Assembly (NCBI GenBank): GCA_045536965.1
Contig: JAZSON010000012.1
Span: forward strand, 211,889 to 275,888
Source: Eubacteriales bacterium
GTDB taxonomy: Bacteria; Bacillota; Clostridia; Oscillospirales; SIG627
Reading direction: 5' to 3'
Length of the DNA stretch: 64,000 bases
Shown here: one piece after another, positions 9,481 through 19,740 of the stretch
Numbering within the stretch: position 1 is the stretch's first letter
Layout: every line of letters starts with the position of its first letter
The notes under the pieces: generated by a model
Database searches by the model: none
The model's input: the letters and a program-made list of their open reading frames with translations, nothing else
Told to the model about the DNA's origin: nothing
Program-made: the position numbers and the translations under genes

Positions 9481-9509
9481 TTGCGAAAAAACAGACGGTG
9501 TGCTATTAT
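9481..9509 (+). promoter_or_regulatory. Promoter candidate for the arginine biosynthesis operon
   Basis: TTGCGA, 17-nt spacer, TATTAT preceded by TGc (extended -10); 55 nt upstream of the argG ATG. Confidence 0.5.
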
Positions 9510-9564
9510 ATAATGTAAATCGCTAAATTTTAGGCAAGAAGATTGTTTTCAGGAGGATATTACC

Positions 9565-10791
9565 ATGAACAAAGCTGATATCAAAAAGGTCGTTTTAGCA
9601 TACTCGGGCGGTTTGGATACATCCATTATTATTCCGTGGTTAAAGGAAAACTATAACAACTGCGAAGTCATTGCCGTTTCGGGTAACGTCGGTCAAGCCG
9701 ACGAATTGGAAGGCTTGGAAGAAAAAGCTATCAAAACCGGCGCCTCCAAAATTTATATTGAAGATTTGACAGACGAATTCGTCAACGATTTCATCATCCC
9801 CACCGTCAAAGCCGGCGCTCTTTATGAAGATTATATGCTCGGCACCTCGTTTGCCCGTCCCGTCATCGCCAAACGTTTGGCCGAAATCGCCATCGCCGAG
9901 GGCGCGGATGCCATTTGCCACGGTTGCACCGGTAAGGGTAATGACCAAGTGCGCTTTGAATTGACCATCAAAGCATTTGCTCCCGATATGCCCATCATCG
10001 CTCCTTGGAGAGAATGGGACATCAAATCCAGAGACGAAGAAATCGAATATGCCGAAGCCCATAACGTACCTTTGAAGATCACCCGCGAAACCAACTATTC
10101 CAAGGATAAAAACTTGTGGCATCTGTCCCACGAGGGCCTTGATCTGGAAGATGCAGGCAACGAGCCAATGTACGAAAAGAAAGGCTTCCTCGAAATGGGC
10201 GTTTCTCCCATTGAAGCCCCCAACCACCCCACCTATGTCACCCTTGATTTTGAAGCCGGTGTGCCCGTCGCCATTGACGGCGAACGCGCCAGCGCCAAAG
10301 ATATTATTCTCCGCCTCAACAAATTGGGCGGCGAAAACGGCATCGGCCTCCTCGACATCGTTGAAAACCGCCTTGTCGGCATGAAGTGCCGCGGTGTGTA
10401 CGAAACGCCCGGCGGTGCCATCCTCTATGCCGCACATAAATATTTGGAAACCATTTGTCTGGATAAAATGACCGCGCATAAAAAACAGGAGCTTTCTGTC
10501 ACATTTGCCGACCTTGTTTACAACGGCCAATGGTTCACACCCCTCCGCGAAGCTTTGTCTGCTTTCGTGGACAAAACCCAAGAACACGTCACCGGCGCCG
10601 TCAAATTGAAGCTTTATAAAGGCAACATCATCAAAGCCGGTGTTTGGAGCGACTATTCCTTGTATTCCGAAGACATCGCCACCTTTGGCGAAGACCATGT
10701 TTACAACCAGGCAGACAGTGCCGGATTCATCAACCTGTTCGGTCTTCCCATCAAAGTACAGGCGCAGGTTAACGCAAAAAACAAGAAATAA
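9565..10791 (+). CDS. argG: Argininosuccinate synthase
   Basis: ORF track, 408 aa. [12 protein letters not shown]-pyrophosphatase motif and family-typical sequence throughout; AGGAGG RBS. Confidence 0.95.
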   Translation: MNKADIKKVVLAYSGGLDTSIIIPWLKENYNNCEVIAVSGNVGQADELEGLEEKAIKTGASKIYIEDLTDEFVNDFIIPTVKAGALYEDYMLGTSFARPVIAKRLAEIAIAEGADAICHGCTGKGNDQVRFELTIKAFAPDMPIIAPWREWDIKSRDEEIEYAEAHNVPLKITRETNYSKDKNLWHLSHEGLDLEDAGNEPMYEKKGFLEMGVSPIEAPNHPTYVTLDFEAGVPVAIDGERASAKDIILRLNKLGGENGIGLLDIVENRLVGMKCRGVYETPGGAILYAAHKYLETICLDKMTAHKKQELSVTFADLVYNGQWFTPLREALSAFVDKTQEHVTGAVKLKLYKGNIIKAGVWSDYSLYSEDIATFGEDHVYNQADSAGFINLFGLPIKVQAQVNAKNKK

Positions 10792-10825
10792 TCAAAACAA
10801 TATAAACCGAGGAGGTTTTTTCCGG

Positions 10826-12202
10826 ATGGAAAAATTATGGACAGGCAGGTTTTCAAAAGAACTGAATCAAACGGCAGACGACTTTAATTCTTCCATCTCG
10901 TTTGATGCCCGACTTTACCGTCAGGATATCCGCGGCTCTGTCGCGCACGCCGAAATGCTTGCCAAACAGGGCATTTTGTCCAACGACGACCGCGATGCCA
11001 TCATTGCGGCTCTTGCCGATATTCGCCGTGAGTTGGACGAGGGTACACTGACAATCGACCCCGCAGCCGAAGATATTCATATGTTTATCGAGGCAACGCT
11101 GACCAAGCGCATCGGGGATGCAGGGAAACGCCTCCACACCGCCCGCAGCCGAAACGATCAGGTGGCTTTGGACATCCGCTTATATCTGCGCGAAGCTTGC
11201 CAGGACATTATCGCGCAACTTCGCACCTTGATCGCAGCCGTCATCTCTCAAGCCGAACAGAATCGCGATGCCATTCTGCCGGGATACACCCATTTGCAAA
11301 GAGCACAGCCCATTGCATTTGCCCACCACCTGCTTGCATACGGCATGATGTTCTGCCGCGATATTTCCCGTTTGCAGGATGCACTTGCCCGCATGAACGT
11401 TTCCCCGCTCGGAAGTTGCGCGCTTGCAGGTACTACCTATCCCATCGACCGTGCTTATACCGCTGAGGCTCTGGGTTTTTCCGATTATACCCGCAACAGC
11501 ATCGACGGCGTTTCCGACCGCGATTTCTGCGTGGAGATCAATGCCGCTCTTTCCATCCTCATGATGCATCTGTCCCGTTTTTCGGAAGAAATCATCCTTT
11601 GGAGCAGTTGGGAATTTAAATTTGTTGAATTGGATGATTCCTTCACCACCGGTTCCAGCATCATGCCACAGAAAAAGAATTCGGATATGGCAGAGCTTGT
11701 GCGCGGTAAAACCGGCAGAGTGTACGGCAATTTGATCGGCACTTTGACCATGCTCAAAGGGTTGCCTCTTGCTTATAACAAAGATATGCAAGAAGACAAA
11801 GAGGCTATTTTTGACAGCATTGACACCGTCGATATGTGTCTGGCCGTCTTTGCGCCCATGATTGAAACCATGAAAGTCAACCGCGAAAACATGTATAATG
11901 CCGCACGACAAGGTTTTATTAACGCCACCGATTTGGCAGACTATCTTGTGCGCAAGGATCTTCCTTTCCGCACCGCTTACAAAATCGTCGGTCAAATCGT
12001 ATCCCGCTGCATTAGCGACGGCCAAACGCTCGACACCCTGCCACTTGCGGTATATAAAGAGTTCTCTCCCTTGTTTGAAGATGATTTGTATGTCGACATT
12101 TCGCTCAAGACCTGCGTGGAAAAACGCATTTCTGCAGGCGGAACGGGTGCAAATTCCATCGAGGAACAAATTCAATACTTACGCGAGGTTATTACAAAAT
12201 GA
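10826..12202 (+). CDS. argH: Argininosuccinate lyase
   Basis: Start moved to ATG 10826 (MEKLWTGRFSK, GGAGG upstream); the track ORF start at 10640 overlaps argG. Fumarate-lyase signature GSSIMPQKKNSDMAE. Confidence 0.95.
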   Translation: MEKLWTGRFSKELNQTADDFNSSISFDARLYRQDIRGSVAHAEMLAKQGILSNDDRDAIIAALADIRRELDEGTLTIDPAAEDIHMFIEATLTKRIGDAGKRLHTARSRNDQVALDIRLYLREACQDIIAQLRTLIAAVISQAEQNRDAILPGYTHLQRAQPIAFAHHLLAYGMMFCRDISRLQDALARMNVSPLGSCALAGTTYPIDRAYTAEALGFSDYTRNSIDGVSDRDFCVEINAALSILMMHLSRFSEEIILWSSWEFKFVELDDSFTTGSSIMPQKKNSDMAELVRGKTGRVYGNLIGTLTMLKGLPLAYNKDMQEDKEAIFDSIDTVDMCLAVFAPMIETMKVNRENMYNAARQGFINATDLADYLVRKDLPFRTAYKIVGQIVSRCISDGQTLDTLPLAVYKEFSPLFEDDLYVDISLKTCVEKRISAGGTGANSIEEQIQYLREVITK

Positions 12203-13122
12203 AACTGTTTATTGACGGAAAATCGGGAACGACGGGACTGCGAATCTTGGAACGAATCCAAAATCGCGCTTCTGTCTCCTTGATCACCTTGTCCGAGGAA
12301 GAACGCAAGGACACCGAACGGCGAAGATGGGCGTTGAATGCATGCGATGTTGCCATTCTCTGCCTGCCTGACGATGCGGCCAGAGAAGCGGTTTCTCTGA
12401 TTGAAAACCCTGCCGTCAAGGTGATCGACGCTTCCACTGCACACCGCACGGCAAGCGGCTGGTCTTACGGGTTTCCCGAACTCGGCCCGTCATTCAGACA
12501 AAACATTTTAGAGGGCAACCGTATTGCGCTGCCCGGCTGTTATGCCAGCGGCGTCATCGCTCTTGTATTTCCGCTCATCGAAGCGGGTCTGCTCACCCCC
12601 TCCGCCCGTTTGTCCGTTCACGCCATCTCGGGTTATACCGGCGGCGGCAAAAAAATGATCGCCGAATACGAGGATGCACAGAGAGATTGTCTTTTGGATG
12701 CCCCCCGCGCTTATGCGCTCGCCCAAGGACACAAGCATTTGCCCGAAATTCAACATATTACCAAGCTGAAGACGCTCCCCGCTTTCTGTCCGTTGGTAGC
12801 CGATTTTGACAGCGGCATGCTGGTTACGATCCCCGTCTTCCGCGAGGATTTGACCGATGGTGCAAATGCCATCCGCGAAGTGTATCAGAAAAAATACACG
12901 GGGCCCATCGTCACCTTCAATCCCACCCCCGACGAAAACGGCTTCATGTCTGCTTACGGTCTGCACGGACTGGACAGAATGGAAGTGTCGGTAGCAGGAA
13001 ACGACGACCGCGTTTTGCTGATGGCACGTTTTGACAACCTCGGCAAAGGCGCTTCGGGTGCCGCCATTCAATGTTTGAACCTGATAACGGGCGAAAACGA
13101 AACAACGGGACTCGTCCTGTAA
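12199..13122 (+). CDS. argC: N-acetyl-gamma-glutamyl-phosphate reductase, short type-2 form
   Basis: ORF track, 307 aa. KSGTTGLRILERI N-terminus and active-site LPGCYASG. ATGA overlap with the argH stop. Confidence 0.9.
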   Translation: MKLFIDGKSGTTGLRILERIQNRASVSLITLSEEERKDTERRRWALNACDVAILCLPDDAAREAVSLIENPAVKVIDASTAHRTASGWSYGFPELGPSFRQNILEGNRIALPGCYASGVIALVFPLIEAGLLTPSARLSVHAISGYTGGGKKMIAEYEDAQRDCLLDAPRAYALAQGHKHLPEIQHITKLKTLPAFCPLVADFDSGMLVTIPVFREDLTDGANAIREVYQKKYTGPIVTFNPTPDENGFMSAYGLHGLDRMEVSVAGNDDRVLLMARFDNLGKGASGAAIQCLNLITGENETTGLVL

Positions 13123-13136
13123 GAAAGAGGTTCATT

Positions 13137-13424
13137 ATGTATAGGATTTATGTGCGTTTTCAGTGCTTCGAGGGAAAAAGAGAGGCATTTGTGGAAAGAG
13201 TCCGCGCCGATGGCATTTTGGATGCCGTTCAGGCAGAGGAAGGCTTTGGTCAATATGACTACTATTTTTCCGAAAAAGATGCAAACGAACTTCTCTTGAT
13301 CGAAGCGTGGGAATCCAAGGAAGCCCAACAGCTTCACATTACACAGCCTCACATGGCCAAACTTCGCTCATTCAAAAACGATTATATTGCAGAATCCTCG
13401 CTGGGAGAATTCGAACTCAAATAA
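13137..13424 (+). CDS. Antibiotic-biosynthesis-monooxygenase (ABM/Dabb) domain protein embedded in the arg operon
   Basis: 95 aa from ATG 13137. FEGKREAFVERV..LLLIEAWESKEAQQLHITQPHM fits the ABM ferredoxin-like pattern. The track start at 13071 overlaps argC. Confidence 0.6.
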   Translation: MYRIYVRFQCFEGKREAFVERVRADGILDAVQAEEGFGQYDYYFSEKDANELLLIEAWESKEAQQLHITQPHMAKLRSFKNDYIAESSLGEFELK

Positions 13425-13434
13425 GGAGCCATTT

Positions 13435-14646
13435 ATGAAAATTATTACCGGCGGCGTTTGTGCCGCAAACGGCTTTACTGCCGCAGGAATCCATTGCGGA
13501 ATCCGTAAAAACAAAGAGAAAAAAGACCTGTCTTTGATCTATTCGGCTGTGCCCTCTTCCGCCGCCGCCGTTTATACCACAAACCTTGTGAAGGGCGCTC
13601 CTCTGACCGTAACAAAACAAAACATTTCCGATGGTAAAGCGCAGGCCATTATCTGTAACAGCGGAAATGCAAACACCTGCAATGCCAACGGTATCGAGAT
13701 TGCTACCCAAATGTGTCATCTTACGGCCGATGCGCTTTCCATTTCCCCCAAAGATGTGGTGGTCGCTTCGACCGGTGTCATTGGACAACCGCTGGATGTT
13801 GCTCCCATCCGCGACGGTATCCCCACGCTGGTTGCCGCCTTGGGCAAAGACAGCCAAAGCGCCGCCGACGGTATCATGACCACCGATGTTTTGCGCAAAG
13901 AAATTGCCGTCGAATTTACACTCGGCGGAAAAATCTGCCGCCTCGGCGGTATCGCCAAAGGTTCGGGTATGATTCATCCCAACATGGCAACCATGTTGGT
14001 CTTTATTACCACCGATGCCGCCATTAGTCCCGAAATGCTGCAAAAAGCTTTGTCGGAAGACGTACAGAGCACCTTTAACATGATCAGTGTGGACGGTGAC
14101 ACCTCTACCAATGACATGGTCACCATTTTGGCAAACGGTCAGGCAGGCAACCCCGAAATCACCTCTGACAACGAAGACTTTGCCGTCTTTATGAAAGCCC
14201 TCAACACTGCCACGGTGCAACTCTGCCGCATGATCGCCTCCGACGGTGAAGGCGCCACCAAATTGCTTGAATGCTCGGTAGAAGGTGCAAAAGACGAAAA
14301 AACCGCCAAAACCGTTGCGAAATCGGTTATTTGTTCTTCTCTTCTCAAAGCTGCCATGTTCGGTTCGGATGCCAACTGGGGCCGTGTACTTTGCGCCATC
14401 GGTTACAGCGGCGCCGACGTCAATGTTCAGAAAATCGATGTTGCGTTTGCCTCTTGCAAGGGAAGCATTCCCGTCTGCAAAAACGGCGCAGGCATTCCTT
14501 TTTCCGAAGAAAAAGCCAAAGAAATCTTGCTTGAAAAGGAAGTCACTGTCTGCGTTTCCCTCAACGAAGGAATCTGCTCTGCTACCGCTTGGGGCTGCGA
14601 TTTGACCTATGACTATGTAAAAATCAACGGGGATTACAGAAGCTAA
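13435..14646 (+). CDS. argJ: Bifunctional ornithine acetyltransferase / N-acetylglutamate synthase
   Basis: Start moved to ATG 13435 (MKIITGGVCAANGFTAAG). Autoprocessing region HPNMATMLVFITTDA. Confidence 0.95.
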   Translation: MKIITGGVCAANGFTAAGIHCGIRKNKEKKDLSLIYSAVPSSAAAVYTTNLVKGAPLTVTKQNISDGKAQAIICNSGNANTCNANGIEIATQMCHLTADALSISPKDVVVASTGVIGQPLDVAPIRDGIPTLVAALGKDSQSAADGIMTTDVLRKEIAVEFTLGGKICRLGGIAKGSGMIHPNMATMLVFITTDAAISPEMLQKALSEDVQSTFNMISVDGDTSTNDMVTILANGQAGNPEITSDNEDFAVFMKALNTATVQLCRMIASDGEGATKLLECSVEGAKDEKTAKTVAKSVICSSLLKAAMFGSDANWGRVLCAIGYSGADVNVQKIDVAFASCKGSIPVCKNGAGIPFSEEKAKEILLEKEVTVCVSLNEGICSATAWGCDLTYDYVKINGDYRS

Positions 14647-14658
14647 GGAGAGATCACA

Positions 14659-15522
14659 ATGGAAATTACAAATGCACAACGCGCGCTGATCTTAACACAG
14701 GCGCTTCCCTATATTCAAAATTATCATGATAAGATCGTTGTCGTGAAATACGGTGGCAACGCCATGATCAACGAGGACCTCAAGGAACAGGTCATGGGCG
14801 ATATTGTGCTCTTATCGTTGGTCGGCATCAAGGTCGTGCTGGTTCACGGCGGCGGCCCCGAAATCACCGATACGTTAAAACGCATCGGCAAAGAAAGTGT
14901 ATTCGTTGATGGTCTGCGGGTTACCGACAAAGAAACCGCCGAAGTGGTTCAAATGGTACTCGCCGGCAAAATCAGCAAAAGCCTTGTCAACCTTTTGGAA
15001 ATGAAGGGCGGCAAAGCCATGGGTATTTCGGGTATGGTCGGTCGTCTCATCGAGGCTACCGTTAAGGATCCTCGCCTCGGTTATGTCGGTGAGATCACAA
15101 ATGTCAACGTGCAACCCATCCTTGACCTGCTCGAAAAGGGTTATATTCCCGTTGTTTCCACCGTCGGTTGTGACCGCGAAGGCAACGTATATAACATCAA
15201 CGCCGACACCGCCGCTTCTTGGATCGCAGGCTCCTTGCAAGCAGAAAGTTTGATTACCATGACCGATATCGTCGGTCTGCTTGCCGACAAGGATGACCCC
15301 GCCTCCCTCATCAAGATCATCGATCTGAAAGATGCCGCCGAATTGCGTCAAAGCGGTGTCATTTCAGGCGGTATGATTCCGAAAGTGGAATGTTGTGTTA
15401 ACGCCATTGACCGCGGCGTTTCCAAAGTCTTTATTCTTGACGGCAGAGTGCCCCATGCCATTTTGCTTGAAACATTGACCGATGAAGGCGCGGGCACCAT
15501 GGTAGTAAAGGAGAAAAAATGA
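14659..15522 (+). CDS. argB: Acetylglutamate kinase
   Basis: ORF track, 287 aa. VVKYGGNAM and LVHGGGPEI amino-acid-kinase motifs. Confidence 0.95.
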   Translation: MEITNAQRALILTQALPYIQNYHDKIVVVKYGGNAMINEDLKEQVMGDIVLLSLVGIKVVLVHGGGPEITDTLKRIGKESVFVDGLRVTDKETAEVVQMVLAGKISKSLVNLLEMKGGKAMGISGMVGRLIEATVKDPRLGYVGEITNVNVQPILDLLEKGYIPVVSTVGCDREGNVYNINADTAASWIAGSLQAESLITMTDIVGLLADKDDPASLIKIIDLKDAAELRQSGVISGGMIPKVECCVNAIDRGVSKVFILDGRVPHAILLETLTDEGAGTMVVKEKK

Positions 15523-16682
15523 GTATTAAAACGATTGACGATACCTATGTAGCGAGCGCGTATGCCCGTTTCCCCTTGGAAATCGTACGCGGCAGCGGTT
15601 CGCTTGTATGGGATACAAACGGAAAAGAATATATTGATATGGCCACCGGCATCGCCGTCAATACCTTTGGCGTGTCCGATCCCGTCTGGGCAGAAGCTGT
15701 CACGGCGCAGGTTAACACCCTCCAGCACACCTCCAACCTTTATTACACCGAGCCCTGTGCAAATCTTGCAAAAATGCTTTGCGAAAAAACAGGCATGAAA
15801 AAGGTCTTTTTCTCCAATTCGGGAGCCGAAGCCAACGAATGCGCCATAAAGGTCGCCCGTAAATACGCCGCCGATCACCACGGAGAAAACCGCAATAAGA
15901 TCATCACCTTAATCAACAGTTTCCACGGCAGAACCATCACCACCTTGGCCGCCACCGGTCAAGACACCTTCCATGGAGAGTTTCTTCCGTTGACCCCCGG
16001 CTTCCTTTACACCCCTGCAAACGACATCGCCGCCATCACTGCGCTGATGGAAAGAGATGACGTGGCCGCCGTCATGATGGAACCCGTACAGGGCGAAGGC
16101 GGTGTCAATCCCTTGGATGCGGCATTTGTGAAAGCGGTTGCCGAACTCGCAGAAAAGCGTGATATTCTGATCATTACCGACGAAGTGCAATGCGGCAACG
16201 GCCGTTCCGGTTACCTATATGGTTATATGCACTACGGCATCACCCCCGACATCGTCTCAACCGCCAAAGGCCTGGCGGGCGGTCTGCCCCTCGGAGCAAC
16301 CTTAATGGGCGAAAAAGTTAAAGATGTATTGACGCCCGGATCGCACGGCTCCACCTTCGGCGGAAATCCCGTTTGCTGCGCAGGCGCTTTAAGCATTCTT
16401 TCCCGCTTGGATGAAAACACCTTGGCAGGCGTTCGCGCACGCGCCGAATACATTCGCAACGAATTGAACGGCGCTTCCGGCATTCGTTCCATCACCGGTC
16501 TGGGTTTGATGCTCGGTGTTGAAACCGAAAAGGATGCAGGAGAAATCATTCGCGCTTGTATGGATAACGGTGTTTTATACATCAAAGCAAAAACCAAAGT
16601 GCGTATGCTGCCTGCCCTCAACATCCCCGAAGATCAACTGAAAAAAGCCATCGCCGTACTCAAAGCAGCTTGCGCGATGTAA
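15519..16682 (+). CDS. argD: Acetylornithine aminotransferase (class III PLP aminotransferase)
   Basis: ORF track, 387 aa. [22 protein letters not shown], and [11 protein letters not shown] carrying the PLP lysine. Confidence 0.9.
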   Translation: MSIKTIDDTYVASAYARFPLEIVRGSGSLVWDTNGKEYIDMATGIAVNTFGVSDPVWAEAVTAQVNTLQHTSNLYYTEPCANLAKMLCEKTGMKKVFFSNSGAEANECAIKVARKYAADHHGENRNKIITLINSFHGRTITTLAATGQDTFHGEFLPLTPGFLYTPANDIAAITALMERDDVAAVMMEPVQGEGGVNPLDAAFVKAVAELAEKRDILIITDEVQCGNGRSGYLYGYMHYGITPDIVSTAKGLAGGLPLGATLMGEKVKDVLTPGSHGSTFGGNPVCCAGALSILSRLDENTLAGVRARAEYIRNELNGASGIRSITGLGLMLGVETEKDAGEIIRACMDNGVLYIKAKTKVRMLPALNIPEDQLKKAIAVLKAACAM

Positions 16683-16695
16683 CGGAGAACACACC

Positions 16696-17679
16696 ATGAA
16701 CCTGAAAAAAAGACACTTTTTAAAGCTTCTCGACTTTACCCCCGAAGAAATCGGCGGTTTGATCGATTTGGCCGCAAAACTCAAAGAACAAAAAAAGAAG
16801 GGCATTTCTCACGCCCTCTGCGCAGGAAAAAATATTGCCCTCATTTTTGAAAAAACCAGTACCCGTACGCGTTGCAGCTTTGAAGTGGCGGCGCACGATT
16901 TGGGTATGCACGTGACCTATTTGGATCCTTCGGGTTCACAAATCGGAAAAAAAGAAAGCATTGCGGATACCGCGAGAGTGCTTGGCAGAATTTACGATGG
17001 CATTGAATACCGCGGGTTTGAACAAGAAATTGTTGAAACACTTGCAAAACACGCCGGTGTGCCTGTGTGGAACGGTTTAACCAATGAATTCCATCCTACC
17101 CAAATTTTAGCCGACTTTCTCGCCATTCGCGAGCACCGCGGTTCTTTGAAAGGAACGAAATTGGTATATATGGGAGACGCCCGTTATAACATGGGCAACT
17201 CGTTGATGGTCGGTTGCGCCAAAATGGGCATGCATTTTGTGGCCTGCGCCCCCGAAAAATATTTCCCCGATCAAAAACTGATCGAAACCTGCCAAGAGAT
17301 TGCCAAAGAAACCGGCGCAACTCTTGATTTTGAATCTTCGGTGGATGTAGCTGTCAAAGACGCCGACTTTATTTACACCGATGTGTGGGTGTCTATGGGC
17401 GAGCCTGTTTCCGTATGGGAAGAACGCATCCGCGAACTGCTTCCGTATCAGGTAAACGCCGCCGTCATGGAAAAAGCCGGAGCAAACGCTAAATTCATGC
17501 ACTGCTTACCCGCTTTCCACGACTTAAATACCCAAATCGGAAAAGAGATCGGCGAAATTTACAAATTGGATGCTTTGGAAGTCACCGATGATGTGTTTGA
17601 AAGCGATCGTTCGATCGTCTTCGACGAAGCGGAAAACCGTATGCACACCATCAAAGCCGTTATGGCGGCAACTCTGTAA
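16696..17679 (+). CDS. argF: Ornithine carbamoyltransferase
   Basis: ORF track, 327 aa. [11 protein letters not shown] carbamoyl-phosphate site, HPTQ, and HCLPAFH. Confidence 0.95.
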   Translation: MNLKKRHFLKLLDFTPEEIGGLIDLAAKLKEQKKKGISHALCAGKNIALIFEKTSTRTRCSFEVAAHDLGMHVTYLDPSGSQIGKKESIADTARVLGRIYDGIEYRGFEQEIVETLAKHAGVPVWNGLTNEFHPTQILADFLAIREHRGSLKGTKLVYMGDARYNMGNSLMVGCAKMGMHFVACAPEKYFPDQKLIETCQEIAKETGATLDFESSVDVAVKDADFIYTDVWVSMGEPVSVWEERIRELLPYQVNAAVMEKAGANAKFMHCLPAFHDLNTQIGKEIGEIYKLDALEVTDDVFESDRSIVFDEAENRMHTIKAVMAATL

Positions 17680-17701
17680 AAAACAGTCGGTTACCGCATT
17701 T

Positions 17702-17757
17702 ATAGAACAAAGCAATGCCCCTTGGAACATAGCAGTCCAAGGGGCATTTTGTTCTAT
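17702..17757. terminator. Bidirectional stem-loop between convergent argF and the AraC regulator gene
   Basis: aatgccccttgga / tccaaggggcatt 13-bp stem, extended by atagaacaa / ttgttctat; T-run on the plus strand and A-run on its 5' side. Confidence 0.7.
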
Positions 17758-17805
17758 ATCGGTGGGTATAAAACCAAAAAGCATCCTGCGTACGGAAAAA
17801 CGACT

Positions 17806-18621
17806 TCAATACCGACCATACATACTTTTTCTGTATTCATTGGGTGCTTGTCCCGTTTCCTCGCGAAAGACTTTCCCAAAATAACTGGGGTTTTCAAACC
17901 CACAGCTTTGCCCGATCTCCTCGATGCAAACGGTGGTCAGCCGCAAAAGCTGCTTGGCCTTTTCGATGCGGATCCTCCGCAGATGCTCCATCACCGTAGA
18001 GCCGCAGGTTTCTTTATAATGGTGGCAAAGAGAAAATCGGCTCATGTGCACCGCTTCGGCAATTTGGTTCAGCGAAAGAGGCTCTGAATAATGAGTCTCC
18101 AGATATTGCCGCACCTGCGCATTGATGGGAGAAGAGGGGGAAAAACAGCTATGAAGCCACTCCGTCAGCCAGGCATAACCTGCGGCAGAGCGGGAAAGAA
18201 CAGTGCTGTTCCCCGAACAAAATTTTTCCAACGTTTCCACCGTGTTGGGAAAAAACGGATCGGCAGTAAAGCGAAAGCTTTGACCGATTTGATAATAATC
18301 CAGTACACCCTCCGCCCCCACAAAAGTCACCCAGCAGGTGCGAAAAACATTGCTCGTCGGACGATAGGCATGGGGTTCTCCCGCGCGGCAAAAAAATCCC
18401 TCTCCCGCACGTAACAAAAAAATATCGCCCCCAACAGTCACCTCTCCTTCTCCTTGCACAACTGTTAATACATGATGGTAGATGCACCCCTCAGGGCGGT
18501 TGATTGCAGATTGATAGACGCTTTCTCCGACCGTTGTCACCACCATCGGTAATGAGGATGGTGAGCAAAGATATTTTTCACAAATTTCCGCGAACATAGC
18601 AATATCCTTATAGCACAGCAA
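17806..18621 (-). CDS. AraC-family transcriptional regulator (cupin-like sensor plus HTH)
   Basis: ORF track, 271 aa. C-terminal LNQIAEAVHMSRFSLCHHYK..IEEIGQSCGFENPSYFGKVFREETGQAPNEYRK is a double HTH of AraC type. Confidence 0.85.
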   Translation of the reverse strand: MLCYKDIAMFAEICEKYLCSPSSLPMVVTTVGESVYQSAINRPEGCIYHHVLTVVQGEGEVTVGGDIFLLRAGEGFFCRAGEPHAYRPTSNVFRTCWVTFVGAEGVLDYYQIGQSFRFTADPFFPNTVETLEKFCSGNSTVLSRSAAGYAWLTEWLHSCFSPSSPINAQVRQYLETHYSEPLSLNQIAEAVHMSRFSLCHHYKETCGSTVMEHLRRIRIEKAKQLLRLTTVCIEEIGQSCGFENPSYFGKVFREETGQAPNEYRKSMYGRY

Positions 18622-18631
18622 TTATTTTTCA

Positions 18632-18660
18632 TTGAATTTTTGCATTTTCTGCAATATAAT
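18632..18660 (+). promoter_or_regulatory. Promoter candidate for the oxidoreductase-isomerase pair
   Basis: TTGAAT, 17-nt spacer, TATAAT in the divergent AraC/oxidoreductase intergenic region. Confidence 0.5.
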
Positions 18661-18712
18661 TATATCATAAAGCATTCACCTTGTAAACACTATTCAAAAA
18701 AGGAGAAAAACC

Positions 18713-19729
18713 ATGGAAAAATTAAGACTCGGCTTAATCGGTTGCGGCGGCAGAATGAAGACCCACATCAAAGCGCTTCTGCAGATGGAAGACATTACAG
18801 TGGTTGCCGTCGCCGATCCTATCGAAGCACGTCGTACCGCGGTGGCGGCGCAGTTTGGTTGTACCCGCCTTTACGACGGCTTTACCTCTCTGTTAGATAG
18901 CGAAAACAAGAATACGCTGGACGCTCTATTGATTGCCATTGAGCCCACCGCCCACGGCGATTGCGAGCTGAGAGCGATAGAAATGGGCATTCCTTTTTTG
19001 GTAGAAAAGCCAATGACGGTAGATATGCAGCTTGCTGAAAGGATCAACGCCCGCATCGAGGAAACCGGACTGATCACCGCCGTAAGCTTTCAGGACCGTT
19101 ACCTCAACCTGATGGAAATGATCAAGGAAGAATTGCCCAAGCACCCCGCAGGCGGTTTGGTCTACGGCAGTTGGGTGGGCGGTATCCCAAATGTATGGTG
19201 GTGGCAAAAGAAATCCACCTGCGGCGGTCAACTGGTAGAACAAAACATTCATCTGTTGGACGGTCTGCGCTGGCTCTTCGGCGAGCCCCTCTCGGTCTAT
19301 GCCACCGCCTCCCGCGGAATGCTCACTCCCGGTGTGGATGCTTCGGAGGAATATGACACCGACGACCATTCCACCGCCGTGTTCCGCTTCCCCAATCATG
19401 TGACCGCCACTTTGGTCAGCGGCTGTTACTGCCAAACAACCGAGCCCCTTTCCATTCGTCCCAGATGCGGACTTATGATCTCACTGCGGGATATTGTTTT
19501 GGATTACCGCTTGCGCAATAATCTGATCATCCAAACTCCCGATGAGGTGCGGGATATCGCTGCCGCGAAAAACGCGACCTTCAGGCTGGACCGCGCCTTT
19601 ATGGACGCAGTACGCAGCGGCGATCCCACCGGAATTCGCTCTCCCTACAGCGATGCAATAAAGTCTCTGCGACTGGGATTTTCCGCCAATCGATCTATGG
19701 AAACAGGCGAGGTTATCTATTTCAAATAA
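18713..19729 (+). CDS. Gfo/Idh/MocA-family NAD(P)-dependent oxidoreductase
   Basis: ORF track, 338 aa. LGLIGCGGRMKTH Rossmann loop and the FLVEKPM (EKP) motif. Confidence 0.85.
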   Translation: MEKLRLGLIGCGGRMKTHIKALLQMEDITVVAVADPIEARRTAVAAQFGCTRLYDGFTSLLDSENKNTLDALLIAIEPTAHGDCELRAIEMGIPFLVEKPMTVDMQLAERINARIEETGLITAVSFQDRYLNLMEMIKEELPKHPAGGLVYGSWVGGIPNVWWWQKKSTCGGQLVEQNIHLLDGLRWLFGEPLSVYATASRGMLTPGVDASEEYDTDDHSTAVFRFPNHVTATLVSGCYCQTTEPLSIRPRCGLMISLRDIVLDYRLRNNLIIQTPDEVRDIAAAKNATFRLDRAFMDAVRSGDPTGIRSPYSDAIKSLRLGFSANRSMETGEVIYFK

Positions 19730-19740
19730 GGAGAAAGCAT

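Noticed and set aside
9420-9564. Searched for an ArgR/AhrC ARG box (TGAAT-AT-rich-ATTCA type palindrome) around the arg promoter.
   Set aside because: I could find no convincing palindrome by eye; tggaattttgcca is not symmetric. I cannot support a call without a position-weight-matrix scan.
9640-14679. Long minus-strand ORFs antisense to arg genes: 9640..10698 (352 aa), 11180..12175 (331 aa) and 13417..14679 (420 aa).
   Set aside because: Each mirrors a highly conserved arg gene on the plus strand. The translated sequences are Gly/Asp/Phe-rich with no family resemblance and no RBS context. They are shadow ORFs.
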